Shown: piece after piece, positions 17,001-28,912 of the stretch
How the letters are laid out: each line of letters opens with the position of its first letter
Numbering within the stretch: position 1 is the first letter of the stretch
Assembly (NCBI GenBank): GCA_000708835.1
Contig: DF237354.1
Span: 20,328-84,327, forward strand
Length of the DNA stretch: 64,000 nt
Direction of reading: 5' to 3'
Origin: Klebsormidium nitens
Taxonomy: Eukaryota; Plantae; Klebsormidiophyceae
Translations under genes and position numbers: made by a program
The notes under the pieces: model-generated
What the model was told of the DNA's origin: nothing
Database searches by the model: none
What the model saw: only the letters and a program-made list of their open reading frames with translations

Positions 17001-20000
17001 TGTTCGCGGGCCGCGCTGTCCCGGGCGCTCCCGCATAACCCGTAGCCTTTCGTTCTGTTGCCGTTCTTCGTGCTATCTTTGAAAAGACAGTACCGCAAGC
17101 TTGCACCCATGCTATCAACATAGCTGCTGGGACTTGGTCGGTTCACTTTTGTTTTCAGCCGTCCAGCCTGTGAACAGGCAGTTCTGCATGTTCTTTGACT
17201 TGTGCTCCTTAAATTTCGGATCCTGGATTGAATAAAAGCTTCCAAGCTTGCAACCCACGTAGTAACTTAAACGAGCCCTTCCAATCTGCGTTCGCCCACA
17301 AAACGCTTTTCATTGATAGATTGCAAACAGCGGACGAATTTCAAACGATTCAAGTCATTTGGTGCTCCTCTTGTCGCGCGTTGGAGAAAAGTTTCATTCC
17401 GATCTTTCTTGGTGTTTCAAGCTCCTGCCTATTCGAAGACAGGCTCCCAGAAGTTTCTCGATGAAGATTCGACCACTTGCCTTGTAATTCTGTTGTCGCA
17501 ACATGCAGCTTTCTCGTTCCGTTGAATAGGAACTCGCGAAAGTTGCAGCTGCCAGGATCAATACGCTTCAAAGCTCAGATCGTTCATTGTTGAATGGAAA
17601 GGCGGTAAAAAGGGTCATGACGAAGGACGCCTTTGAGATTCACCGTCTCAAGAGGATTGTGGTGGGGCACCCGGAGGAGCCAGCTTCACGTCTACCTTGG
17701 TTTTATTTGCACGCCTGAATGTGGAGATTCTAAGCGACGGCTCTTGAGATCAATACATCTTTGTACGAGCTGCTATAGGACCTAGGTGTTTATTTTTCTC
17801 TCCGTGCATGGGCTCACTTAGCATCTTGAACTGCTGCTCGGACTTTTCTGGACATATGTAGATTGCCGCTTTGATTCTTTGGGATTCGACCGTCAATGGG
17901 TTTTGTACAGATGTTTCCAACCTTGTAAAAGCCCGACATGCTTGCTTTCTGCGGCAGTCAGGGCATTCTCTCCCTAAGCACAAGATCACCGCATCAGGGT
18001 GTCTCCACACTGGATAGAAGCCGACGACGATCCTCCGAGCTTCTATTTGTGTCTGTAACGTAGAATCACACATTCTGAATCTCCTAGAGCCTACTTATTC
18101 CCGTCGTGGGCGCATCCGCGCTCAGCGGAATCAGTCTGCAAACCTGAGACAGTTTCTAGGATATGCCACATGGATATTAGGTCCCACTGTGTTCGATCAA
18201 CTTATGGCACGTGGGTCTGACGGCAATCTCCTGAAGCTCTAGTTCATGGCCATGACGAGGAGATCATGACAATGGAAGTTTTTAGTGGGCTTACCTTTCA
18301 TCATCTTGGGCTCCGTCACGCGCATAGCATGTTTGTCTGCCGAGCTTCCAGGCTTAATGCAGTCGCTTCCGCCAGATGTTAACAGCTTCCGTCACTTGCT
18401 TTACGGGCTCTGTGCGACGAATCAGTACCATTTTGTTGGAGGCTCCGTCTGATTGACGCAAAGGTGGTGGCTGAGATAGCCGAGATACTGAGAAGTAGTG
18501 GCCCTCAGTCATGATGGTGTTCAATTTGATGCCGTCCATGCGCCCGAAGATGTTAATATTGCAAAGAGCAGCTCCTTTCACTTACACTTCACTTTAATCT
18601 GGATATGAGGGTTTGGCGGAAACCGAACTATCTGCTCTTGATTTTGCCTTCTTTTCAGCCTGCTTCTTCTTTCTTGAACGCTCTCTCTAAGGAAGGCGCT
18701 GGAACACGCTTGCTAGCGTTTGCGTCATGTTGACGTCTGTAGTGACGTTTCCGATGCCCAGCTGGCACGCCAGGCGCGAGTGCATATTGCGGCGACTAGA
18801 ACGCCCTTGCACGGGCCTCTTGGCAGCCGACGACAGATTTCACACAATCCTCTGGCGACGCGTTCTTCTCTGATGGTTTGTCCGTTCATTTTTACTTCGC
18901 TCATTTGCCCGCACGTTATCGTGCACCTCCACTGTATCCCACACCATTTTTGCACCCCTCTTGGTGTGCGGCTGACCTCGAGAAATCTCACCCAAGCGAT
19001 TTTCTTTCGGTGCGACAACAAGAACGAATTCTATTATACGTCTTTGCACTTGTTTGTGCCCACTACTCCGACTACGCCAAACTAAAATAGTATAAATCAA
19101 GGAAGTCAGGGACGAAGATATGCAGCTTGTCTGGCAGTGATGTACCCAGATATCGAGCACTTTCTTGCTCATAGATGTCTAGGAATTCTCATGAAGCCAC
19201 ATGGTTCAAGGGTCCGGCACGTTCTCGTCTTCCTTGGTGTGAGGTTTCGTGACCATATTGTAAGCGAATATATTCCGGCCTCCCAAAAACATCACCTACA
19301 TCTCCGAACCCATAGACTCTGTCCAAAAGCCGCTGTTTCCTTGAGCGTAGCCTACTACTCAAAAGTCTCCAAATATAGCAATTCTTTTTTCTAATTGTTC
19401 CGATTGTCATCCAATCGTGCCAGCCTTGTTGACAATGATGTACGAAGCATTCAGCGTCGTGTCTCAGTGGCTTTGCGTATGGTGATGACGTCAGCGCAGT
19501 CTTTTCGCATCACTATTCTGCTTAATCTCATCCGTCTGCTGAAAGCTATTGTCTGACTCCAGATTCGTCCTGAACACAATTGTCCGTCTTCCTGTGCTGG
19601 TATCTTGGGGGGCGAGGCTGGCTCTGAACCGGGCCCAAAATGGCTCTTTTTTGATTTCATTCCACTCCCGGGGGGCGCAGCTTAAGGATCAAAACTTTGC
19701 TTGGTCTTTGTTTATTTGCTACAAAGACTCACCTAGGTTATTGCCTGCATTTGTTAAAAGAATGCTTGCATCTTGCTCCAGGTGTTTTTGCAAACGAAGT
19801 GGAGCCAGGTCCCGCTTGACCAATGTACATATATAACGAAGGAGCGGCCTGGCAGTTTTCGAGGCAGTAGCGGGCTTGTTGTGGCCATTCCGCAAACTGC
19901 TTAAACCGGGAGCTCGTTATGTCAGACTTAAACGTTCGGCTTCGGTTCCGAGCCAAGGCGTCTAACGGCCGTGAATTGCGCCATCCTCGATCTGCGCGCT

Positions 20001-20399
20001 GATTCCTTATTAACCCAGAGCTTTTCATGAATTGTTTGGACAATGAAAGACGAAGCGCGCCGAGCGCCACTGCCGCAGGCATTTATCGTGTATTGCAGCT
20101 TGTCTGACGTTGCCACGCTACAAATTGCTATTGCCGCGTACTCCGGCCTTGATTTCAGGCTGGAGCGTTCGTTTACAAAATTGCGTCGTTTGGGCTCCAC
20201 TTGAAGGGTAATTGCAGCTTGGAGAGACTTTCCATTGAAGACCTTCGATGGCTCCTGGTTCAACCTGATAGGAAGCGGGCCCCGAAGCTGCCTCGGAAAG
20301 CTGACGGAAGCGTCCAAGCTTACCCCCACTTTGAGGCCACTTTTTAAAACTGAAGGGCTGCCCGGCAAACCGGAGGCGGTATGGTTATGCGCCTGCACC

Positions 20400-20800
20400 T
20401 GTCTTTAAGGTTCATCACGCAGAGCCGCGCAGGGCGGCCGCGTGAGTCGGCGTTCGGAAGGCTTACATGCGCGCCGACCCGCGGGCAGGGGCGGCGGCAG
20501 CACATCCGCAGTGCGCGGCCGCGGGAACGGCAAACCCGCTGGTGCAGCCAAATGGACGGCCAGAAATTTTGGAGCAATGATGCTTCACAGTGGGTCATGC
20601 AGAGCGCCGCGCCCACAATGTAGAAATAGTCCTGGACATCAAAGTCGTGAGCAATTGTCGAGCTTTGAAACGAATCGGGAAGTATCGCAAATCTTCGCTT
20701 CGATAGCCAACCACGTGCTCGCGATCGAGCGACGGCGTTAACGTCCGCGCTTTTGCTTCTTCTTGCTGACTTCATCGGTTGGACATTTTGGGTTTTCGTT
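20400..20800. repeat. Highly diverged outlying copy of the GC-rich array core
   Basis: CGCG-rich patch ending in gcagccaaatggacggccaga, similar to gcaggccaaaattgaacggccga in later array units. Confidence 0.35.
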
Positions 20801-23800
20801 CATGTCCCTTGGAATGTAAAACCCATTCCTTCAAGAGAGCTGTGTGACAGTGATGGACACAGAACTGGGTTATTTCTGAACCACATTCGTTTTTTCACCG
20901 TTACCCTCTTGACGTTGTCACGGCACGGGTCGCCATCTTAGGAGGCCGTTGGTTGATCTAAGTCGGTCTCAACCCTGTAAAATCCTTTTTTTGTGACTCA
21001 AAGACTCAACCTCTCACGAGATGTCTGTTCCTTGATCCAAGGCTCTGTTTCCTTGAACCCTTGCGATGAGTATGAGCAAGGGGACTCCTGGTCAGAAACA
21101 TTTAACGATGCATTTATCATGCAGCGCCGGCTATGATAGCTGAGTGACGAAAGTGAGAATCATAGTTTCTCAACCGTCATAAGTGTTGTACTTGATGCCA
21201 GCTTGCATTCATCAGAGATAATCGACCGAGAGCAGCTCATATTTTCCCCCCCAGCAGAAGATCAGTGGGCCCGTACCTTGACCGGTTCTCCTTTGACCTT
21301 TGGGCGCCACGTTTCAACGTCCCGTCGCCGCGCCCACGATTTTCTGTGTTTCGTCTTCAGATTTTATCATTCTTTGCGAAGTGGTACGTTTGAGAGCATA
21401 TTTGTTAGCAAAAGCGCGCCTTGAGCTTGCGGCGCGTCTTGCGAGACACGTCTAAAGGTCTACGTATCCTTCAGCAAAGTGAATGACGACTGTCTAAAAG
21501 AAACTGCAGGTACTCCAAGTACTCCGTCTACATCAAACAGGTAAGGCTGGTCTGTTGAGAAGATACGCACGGTAAAGAGCTGTGTGGGTGCACGTTTTAG
21601 ATTGCAAGCGAGTGGCTATGTGTTCATTGGCAAGGACGGTGCTGACACATGAGCAACGGATCTGCTCAGGTCCGCCTTCGACGTGATGCCAATGCGAAAG
21701 ACGTTTGTTTTTTCGGCGGTTCCTCCTGCCAAGAAGCTATATGACCCTTTCTTTCGGTTGATTAGTCACTGGAAGATCAGACTTCGTCTAGGTTATTCAA
21801 GCGGTTGCGTTCTTGGGAAGAAGGTCCTTTCACTTGGACGCTGCTTTCCTGGCTGGTCGCTCTCGGATTGCCGTTACCGTAAAGACAACTCCTACAAAAA
21901 GTCCTGTTTGGGTGCTTCACCCTTTCTTCAATTCTGGACCATGCACGTTATAGCGCGCTAAGCTCCGGATCTCAGGCGGCGGCCATCATATAATACCAGA
22001 TCGATGGGCCCCTTATAAATCGAAGGAAGGTGCCGTGCATCCTCTATCACATTGTAGTAAGTACAGACGGTCAGGTTGACAGGCGATTAAAGTTGTTCCC
22101 CTTTGATCGAGTCGGTGAGAATGTGTTGATGGGCGAGGATCGAAATCGTTGTTGGCAATGCAAGGAGAGGGCTTGCCAGAAGGCTTTTGTATCCATCCTT
22201 CGGATGCTCGATTCAACTGCACGGTCAGTTTAATGGGAGTAACATGTTTCTGAGTGGCACGTATTGATGGGAATGATTTAAGTTTGGTTTGGACCAGTTC
22301 TACATCTTCCACGGCCCTCGAGATTGCTTTACAGCCCGGCTGAAAGTTTATGAAATCCAACTTCGCGGTGACAGCATGTCTGAAGGAGAAGAGGAATTCA
22401 AGTGCAGAAAGTTTAGCGTTTAAACGTAGAGAGGGCGTTCAACAGTTCGATACGCTCTGAATGCTGGCAAGATCGAGAACAATCCGACACAGGCCGGAAT
22501 TAGAAGGCCGGAAAAACGTATGTAAGGCGGGATTCGAAACGAATTAGGCAACTGCAGAATGACCAGTCCTCTTCGTGAGGGTCTTCTCACGAGTGGGACG
22601 AGGTTTGTGCATGATTTGCGAGAGCATTCGCGAAAGGCTGACGTCAAAACCCGGAGATTCTGAGCCCATGTTCTCAGAGCTTCCTTTTCACAGTCAGCGG
22701 TCAGCATGTGGCGTCTCGGTTCCAGGTCACCCAAGAATCGACGAAGAGGCTTCGCGGGCGGCAACCTTGATGTGAAAGGTAGGAAAGACGGAGCGCAGGC
22801 GCATGCCAGAGTCGTGGCACAATTCGCCGCGCGTCCCGCAAATTCAGAGATGGCATGTACACCAGTCGCCAAGAAGGCACCAGAAAGCGCTTCGCATCTC
22901 GATTCTGTCTCAATGAGATTGAAAGAAGTCAGCTTTCGGGCGGATAGACTGCTCGATGTCTACGAAGATGCACAGCGCACCATCTTGGCACAAGAACGAT
23001 GGTCAACTGCTGACAAAAAGTGACAGGGATGACAGCGAACAAATTTTTGAGACATATGATTGTTTGCTATATGATACGAGAGTTGAAATCAGAATGATTG
23101 TCCAAAGTGGACGAACAGAGAGGAAGTTTTTGGAATGGTGTTAAATGAATTGCCGATAAGAAGATGTTCTATGAATGTATGAGAGATCTGGGACGTACGA
23201 GGGGAGTCAGACCATGATGCTCGAGGTCCAGGCCGGCATTGCTGCAAGCGATTTGATTCGCTGTCGCTCACTCATGTACCTTCCCCATATTTGTTCCGAA
23301 ATCAAAGATAACGGTTGCAATGATGGAAGTAACGTGAAGATCGTGCCAATCGTGGCAGTTATTGAACATGCAGCATTACCGGCCACCCTCAAATCACAAT
23401 TGGCTCCGCCCCGTCGAAGCTGGCTACGCTCTTGAAGCGGGTCAGCCAAGAAGCATGGGATGAGGCATTACCAAAGGCTCCCCGTCCGCACACTCGCCTC
23501 ACACGCAGCACGGCCGCGCACAAACTTTCTTCTGCCGCACGCGGGCGCGGTCTGCCAGGTCTTTGAGCGGGTCGCGGCCGCGCCGGCGCGCGCCTTTGCC
23601 GCCCCGAGCTGTGTTTGGAAGCAAGCTCTAGTGCGCGCGCGCGCGCTTATGGCCGCGGATGCCGCCCCCCATTATGTCTCAGCCCTGGAAGGGCCGGCTA
23701 GTAAGCCACTAAGTTCGGCGCGCCAGCTGCCCCGCGGCGGCCTCAAACCCGTCGGGTTCTTAACGGCGGCCGGAACGGGGCACCTTGTAAAATCAGTACG

Positions 23801-24721
23801 CGCAGGCCTGTGGTTTCAAGGCGGGCGCGCGAAGCAACCGTGACCGGCACGTTAGGCGAAAAGGATGGCCATGCTGGTGCGCGCTCAGGGCGCACTTACG
23901 ACGAAAAGTCGTGTCGTGGGCGGCCGCGGCAAGCTCAAAACTTGTCTGAAAGCATGCAAGTGCTAAACGCCAGAAGAGACTACGGCCAGTCTCCTTTGAG
24001 AAGTGCGCATTCTGATACAGTGCGGACACCGTGGAAGTATTACGGTTTTAATACAATCCACCCAACATTTTGCCACCGTTTCGTTTATTTCCGGGATCTT
24101 CGTTACTTGCAAAAGCCGCCGACCGCATTTTGCGCTTGGCATGCTCTGGTCATTTTCATCCACTCTCGTTCTTGAAGGTTCATCAACATCTGTATCCGAG
24201 AATGAAAGTTGAAGAGCGATGAAAAGGACATTCTGGGCATTCGTAATTACCCAGATGTATCCGACTGTCGAAAAGAACTTTCGCACTGTTCATCAAATCA
24301 CCTCAGAGCAAATCTTTCTGCTTAGAAGCACCTACAATTCAACCTGACGGTAGTGATAAGGGCCCTGCTCGCTTCCCTGAACTTCCGCAAAGGCCGGAAG
24401 TGGTAAATTCGACGGGAGTCTTGAAGCCGTTACCAGCCAAGTCTTCAGATTGCTTGCTTCGGCGGGGATACCGTCAACGAACTTTCATTGGACAAATCAT
24501 TTAAAGTCCGGTCCGTTTGTGCTGGTCGTACGATGACTATATATGCGCAATGAGAAAATCTGCGCACGACCCGTTCGAACTCCCGGATCTGCCAGTCCGA
24601 GACCTCTGCTTCTAACCTTCACGGGAAACCACTGGTTTCGTCGCCGTAGCTCTCCTGCCCAACGATTCTTGATCTCACTTTCTTCTTTGGACTTCCACCG
24701 GGCTGTCTGGCCCACACCAAA

Positions 24722-24743
24722 GCCTGCCTGCCTGCCTGCCTGC
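24722..24743. repeat. (GCCT)n tetranucleotide microsatellite
   Basis: gcctgcctgcctgcctgcctgc. Confidence 0.8.
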
Positions 24744-27700
24744 CCCAGTTTGAGACCGGTTCATAGCAAAGAGGAAACGGTCGGAGCCCTTAATTTCAAA
24801 CAGTTCCTGCTCCTGCAATCTGGTTGTGAAGCCGAGGTCTTGGTGAATCGTACAGAATAACCGAGCCGCCCTCTCCACGTTGAACTAAACGCCAGTCTTT
24901 CTGAACCTGATCTCTAATCTTCTCCTACGAACATGCTTTCGGCGCCGCATACCAATGTCGCACGCTGTAACTTTACTATATTCTCTTCCCAGTCAAAGAT
25001 AACGGTGGCAATGATGAAGGCCGGATCAAGGCTGTGCCAATTGTGGCAGCTGTTGAAAATCATCATCAGCCACGTAACTTAAATAACAATCGTCTGCGCC
25101 TCGTCGAAGCTGACCGCGTCCTTATAAAGCGGGCCAATTAAGAAAGTTCGGAACAAGGCATGACTAAAGGCTCTCCGACCGCAATCTCCGCAATGCCTAC
25201 GCGGCATGGCTGCGCAGACTCGTTCTTCTGCCGCGCGCGATTGCGGGACTTCTGATCTTTGGATCGTCGCCGCCCCACGCTGTGTTTCGTCACCAAGCTG
25301 TCGCGCGCGCGCGCGCACTTGAGGCCGCGGATGCGGCCCGCCATATTGGCTCGACCGTGATACGGCCGGCCGGAAAGCCACGCGACTAAGGCAGGCTGCG
25401 CCGGCTGCCCCGCGGGGGTTGCAAATCCGTCGGTGTGTCAACGGCACCGGATCGACCGGATCGAACGGTGCACCTTCTACATGATGCGCGCGCGCGCTGA
25501 AGCATCCCTGTCAGTCGAAGGCGGGGGCGAGAAACAATTAGACGAGGACTGATTCTGGCCATGCTGGTGCGCGCACAGGGCGCGCTTACGACGAGGAGTC
25601 GCGGGAGGCCGACGCGAAGGCCCAAAAGTTGTTTCGACGCAGCGTTGTGCACGTCAAAAGAGCTTCCGGTCAATCGCCTTTGCAATTAAGGGTCTCTCAT
25701 AGAGAACATCTTGGAAGGTTTACGTTTGGCAAAACAGTCCCACGTGCACGCTTTCACGCTTTTAGCTTCCGGGACGATCATTGTTTACCACTAGGACCCC
25801 TGACCTGATCTTGCGCTTGCTTTGGTAATTTTGTTCCGTTCCTGTTTCCGACGGTTCATTGATGTAGAAAACCGGTTTTTATACTGGAAGAGCAATGACA
25901 ATGACATTCTGGGCAATCTCATGACCACCCAGATTCCTCCCGTTGTTGAAGGAGCCAGATTGGTGCGCCCCGTTCAACACGTTACTCTTAGGTTTTCTGG
26001 ACTGAAGAGCACTTATAGGCGGACGGTCGTGATGACGTCACTCCTCGCTTACTTGGGTTCCGCGAAGGCCGGAAGTGGATAGTTTCGGGCAGTCGTGAAG
26101 CCGTTGCCAACCAAGTCTTCACATTCAGTGCTCGCCTCAGCGGGGATGCCGTCAACGTACTTTCCAAGGGCTTTGAACCAATTTCAGATTCGGTCCGTTT
26201 GGGCTGGCCGCACGATAGTCGTGCACATTGAGAGGATCTGCGCACGATCCGTTCTAGAGTTGCCAGTCCGAGACCTCTGCTTCTATCCACATGTTTCGTC
26301 GTTGTAGCTCTCCTACTCCTACACTAGCTCCCCTCTTCCTTCTTTAGGCTTTCCTGAATTATCACCAGGCGATCTGGCCCGCACCAGACCCGGAGTCTTC
26401 TCACGCCCCCTCGTTGCCCGCTCTTTTCTTGGAATGTACAGACTCCCGCTCCCCAAACCGTCCACTCTTATCTTAGAGCGCCCACCAGAACATCTTCATG
26501 TTGGCTGCCCTCTTGACTCTTTCCCCGTGATGGAGGCGTACTACATATGCTGCTGAGTGCTCCTCAAGCCTACTTGCGTCGCGGCCGCGTCGCGCTCCTT
26601 GGACTTTTCCAGATCTACGGCTTGCGTGCACCTTCCGTTCGGTCCACTCTAGTCGTTCCGTTCCGCTCGCTGCTATTCCAGATTGAAGTCTATGCCTTGC
26701 ACCATGTCATGATCAGGCCTCCTCCCTTAATGTGCTCTGTGGTTTAGGTAAAGTACAGGGCGTTTGCGGACATCGAAAAACAATAATCCGGCAGTGATGG
26801 CAAAGATGTTGTTGGGCAGCGCGACTATTGCGACTACCAACAGAATTCCTTCTTTGCATTTTGCATCTGATGAGCCAGATCCGTAGGCCCCATCAATGAT
26901 TAATTGCCCTCAGGTACTTTTCAAATGCTCATCTTGCGCTTGGAAGGATCCGAAAAAAAGGCACTTTAGGCGATGAGCCATGCTGGTGCGCACAGAGGGC
27001 GCCTTTACGACGAAGAGTTGCGGGCAGCCGGAGCCAAGGCTCAATATCTGCTTCATCGCAGCCTCAGGCTCCTGTACGCCAAAACAAAGTGCGGCCAACG
27101 GACTCTGAAAAGTGCATACCATGATACAGTGCGAGCAGTATGGAAGTTCTACGGTTGAGAAACGATCCCGCATGCACTTTGCTATCGATTCCTTTAGTTT
27201 CCGGGATGTCCGTTACTCAGCAAGACCGCTGACGTACCTGACCTTGCGCTTTTTCCTAGTGAACGTTTTGTTTCTTTCCGTGCCCAAAGATTCATTGACA
27301 GGGATATCAAACCAATCGGAGAGCAATGACAAGGACAGTCCCAGCGATCTCGTGACTGCCCACATCCCTTCGACTGTAGAAAGAGCTAGAGTGGTGCGCA
27401 CCGTTTATCGTATTGCGTCAAAGCACGCGTCTTTGGGGCTAGGAGCAATTACAGTCCAACCGGACAATGGTGATGTGCGCTATCCGCTTTCTGGGCTTGC
27501 GCCAAGACCGGAAGTATGATGTTTTCGGCAGCTGTCGTGAAGCCGTTACACTTATTACACCCAACCTGTTACACCCGTTACACCACATGCTTTACCTCGT
27601 TCCACCTCTGAAAAGACCTTGACGAAGAGGACTGATTTGAATCTGCAGCCGCCTTCTGATTTGAATCTTTTTCCAATACGTTTTTCCGGCCTTCCGATTT

Positions 27701-28627
27701 CGGCCTGTGACGGTAGTGTCATAAAGTGCCAGCTTTTGGAGCTTGCAGAATAACCCAGACGCACTCTCTTCGTCGAACGAAACGCTGATCTTTCTGCTTG
27801 AGTTCTACTCTTCTCCATTGAACGTGCTGTCGACGCATACCGTTAAAGCACAGTGTAACTTTCTTATGTTCTGTACATATCAAACATCAACGGTGGCAAT
27901 GATGAAAGCCTTCAAGGCCGTGCCAATTTTGGCAGTGGTTGACGTAGCATCATGACCAGCCAAATCTAAGACAAAATCAGCTCCGCCCCGTCAAAGCGGG
28001 TCGCGCTCTTAGAAGCGGGCCAGTCAAGCAGCATGGGATACGGCATGACAGAAAAGTTTCCGACCGAATTATTCTCGCCTCGGCTGACATATATTGCATG
28101 CGCGTCCGACTCGGTCTTTCGCCGCGCGCGGGCGCGGTCTGGTCTTCGTGCGCGTCGCGGCCGCGCCGCCGCCCACGCTCCCGGGTTGGCACCAAGCTGT
28201 CGTGCGCATGCGCGCGCTTAAGTTCGCAAATGCGGCCGCCATCATAGCTCTACCCTGTGAGCCACTGCAAGGCCGGCGCGCGCGGGATGCCCCGGCGGCG
28301 GCTGCAAATTTAAGTTTATTATGTCAACGGCGGCCGGAACAGCGCACCTTGTAAAATCACGCGCGCTCGCGCTGGAGCATCCCTGTCAGCCAAAGGGGCG
28401 CGCGCGAAGCAACCATGACCGCCACTTCACGCGAGGAGGCTGGCCACGCTGGTGTGCGCACACACGTCAAAAAAGTTGCGGGCGGTCGCGGCCACTCGAA
28501 ACTTGTTTCAACGCACCTTCCTACACGCCAGAACCGTTTACGAGCAATAGCATTTGCAAAGTGCGTATCAAGTCATTGTTAGAAGTATTTGCGCACTGCC
28601 ACTCGGGCCACTGGCGCCAGTGTGGCC

Positions 28628-28827
28628 NNNNNNNNNNNNNNNNNNNNNNNNNNNNNNNNNNNNNNNNNNNNNNNNNNNNNNNNNNNNNNNNNNNNNNNNN
28701 NNNNNNNNNNNNNNNNNNNNNNNNNNNNNNNNNNNNNNNNNNNNNNNNNNNNNNNNNNNNNNNNNNNNNNNNNNNNNNNNNNNNNNNNNNNNNNNNNNNN
28801 NNNNNNNNNNNNNNNNNNNNNNNNNNN
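28628..28827. other. Assembly gap (200 N)
   Basis: Run of N that starts inside the left hairpin copy. Confidence 0.99.
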
Positions 28828-28873
28828 ACGCCACCTCTGGGCAACCCTTTTGCGCAGCCAGCCGCAATACTCT

Positions 28874-28912
28874 CTCGTTCCTGCCGGGATTCGAACCCAG
28901 TCCGGTCACCGC
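28874..28912 (-). pseudogene. tRNA 3'-half-like fragment (T arm / B box) inside the hairpin element
   Basis: Minus strand GCGGTGACCGGA-CTGGG-TTCGAAT-CCCGG-CAGGAAC has a canonical 5-bp T stem, a TTCGAAT loop and a 7-nt acceptor-like strand. No D arm or anticodon arm is present. Confidence 0.55.
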
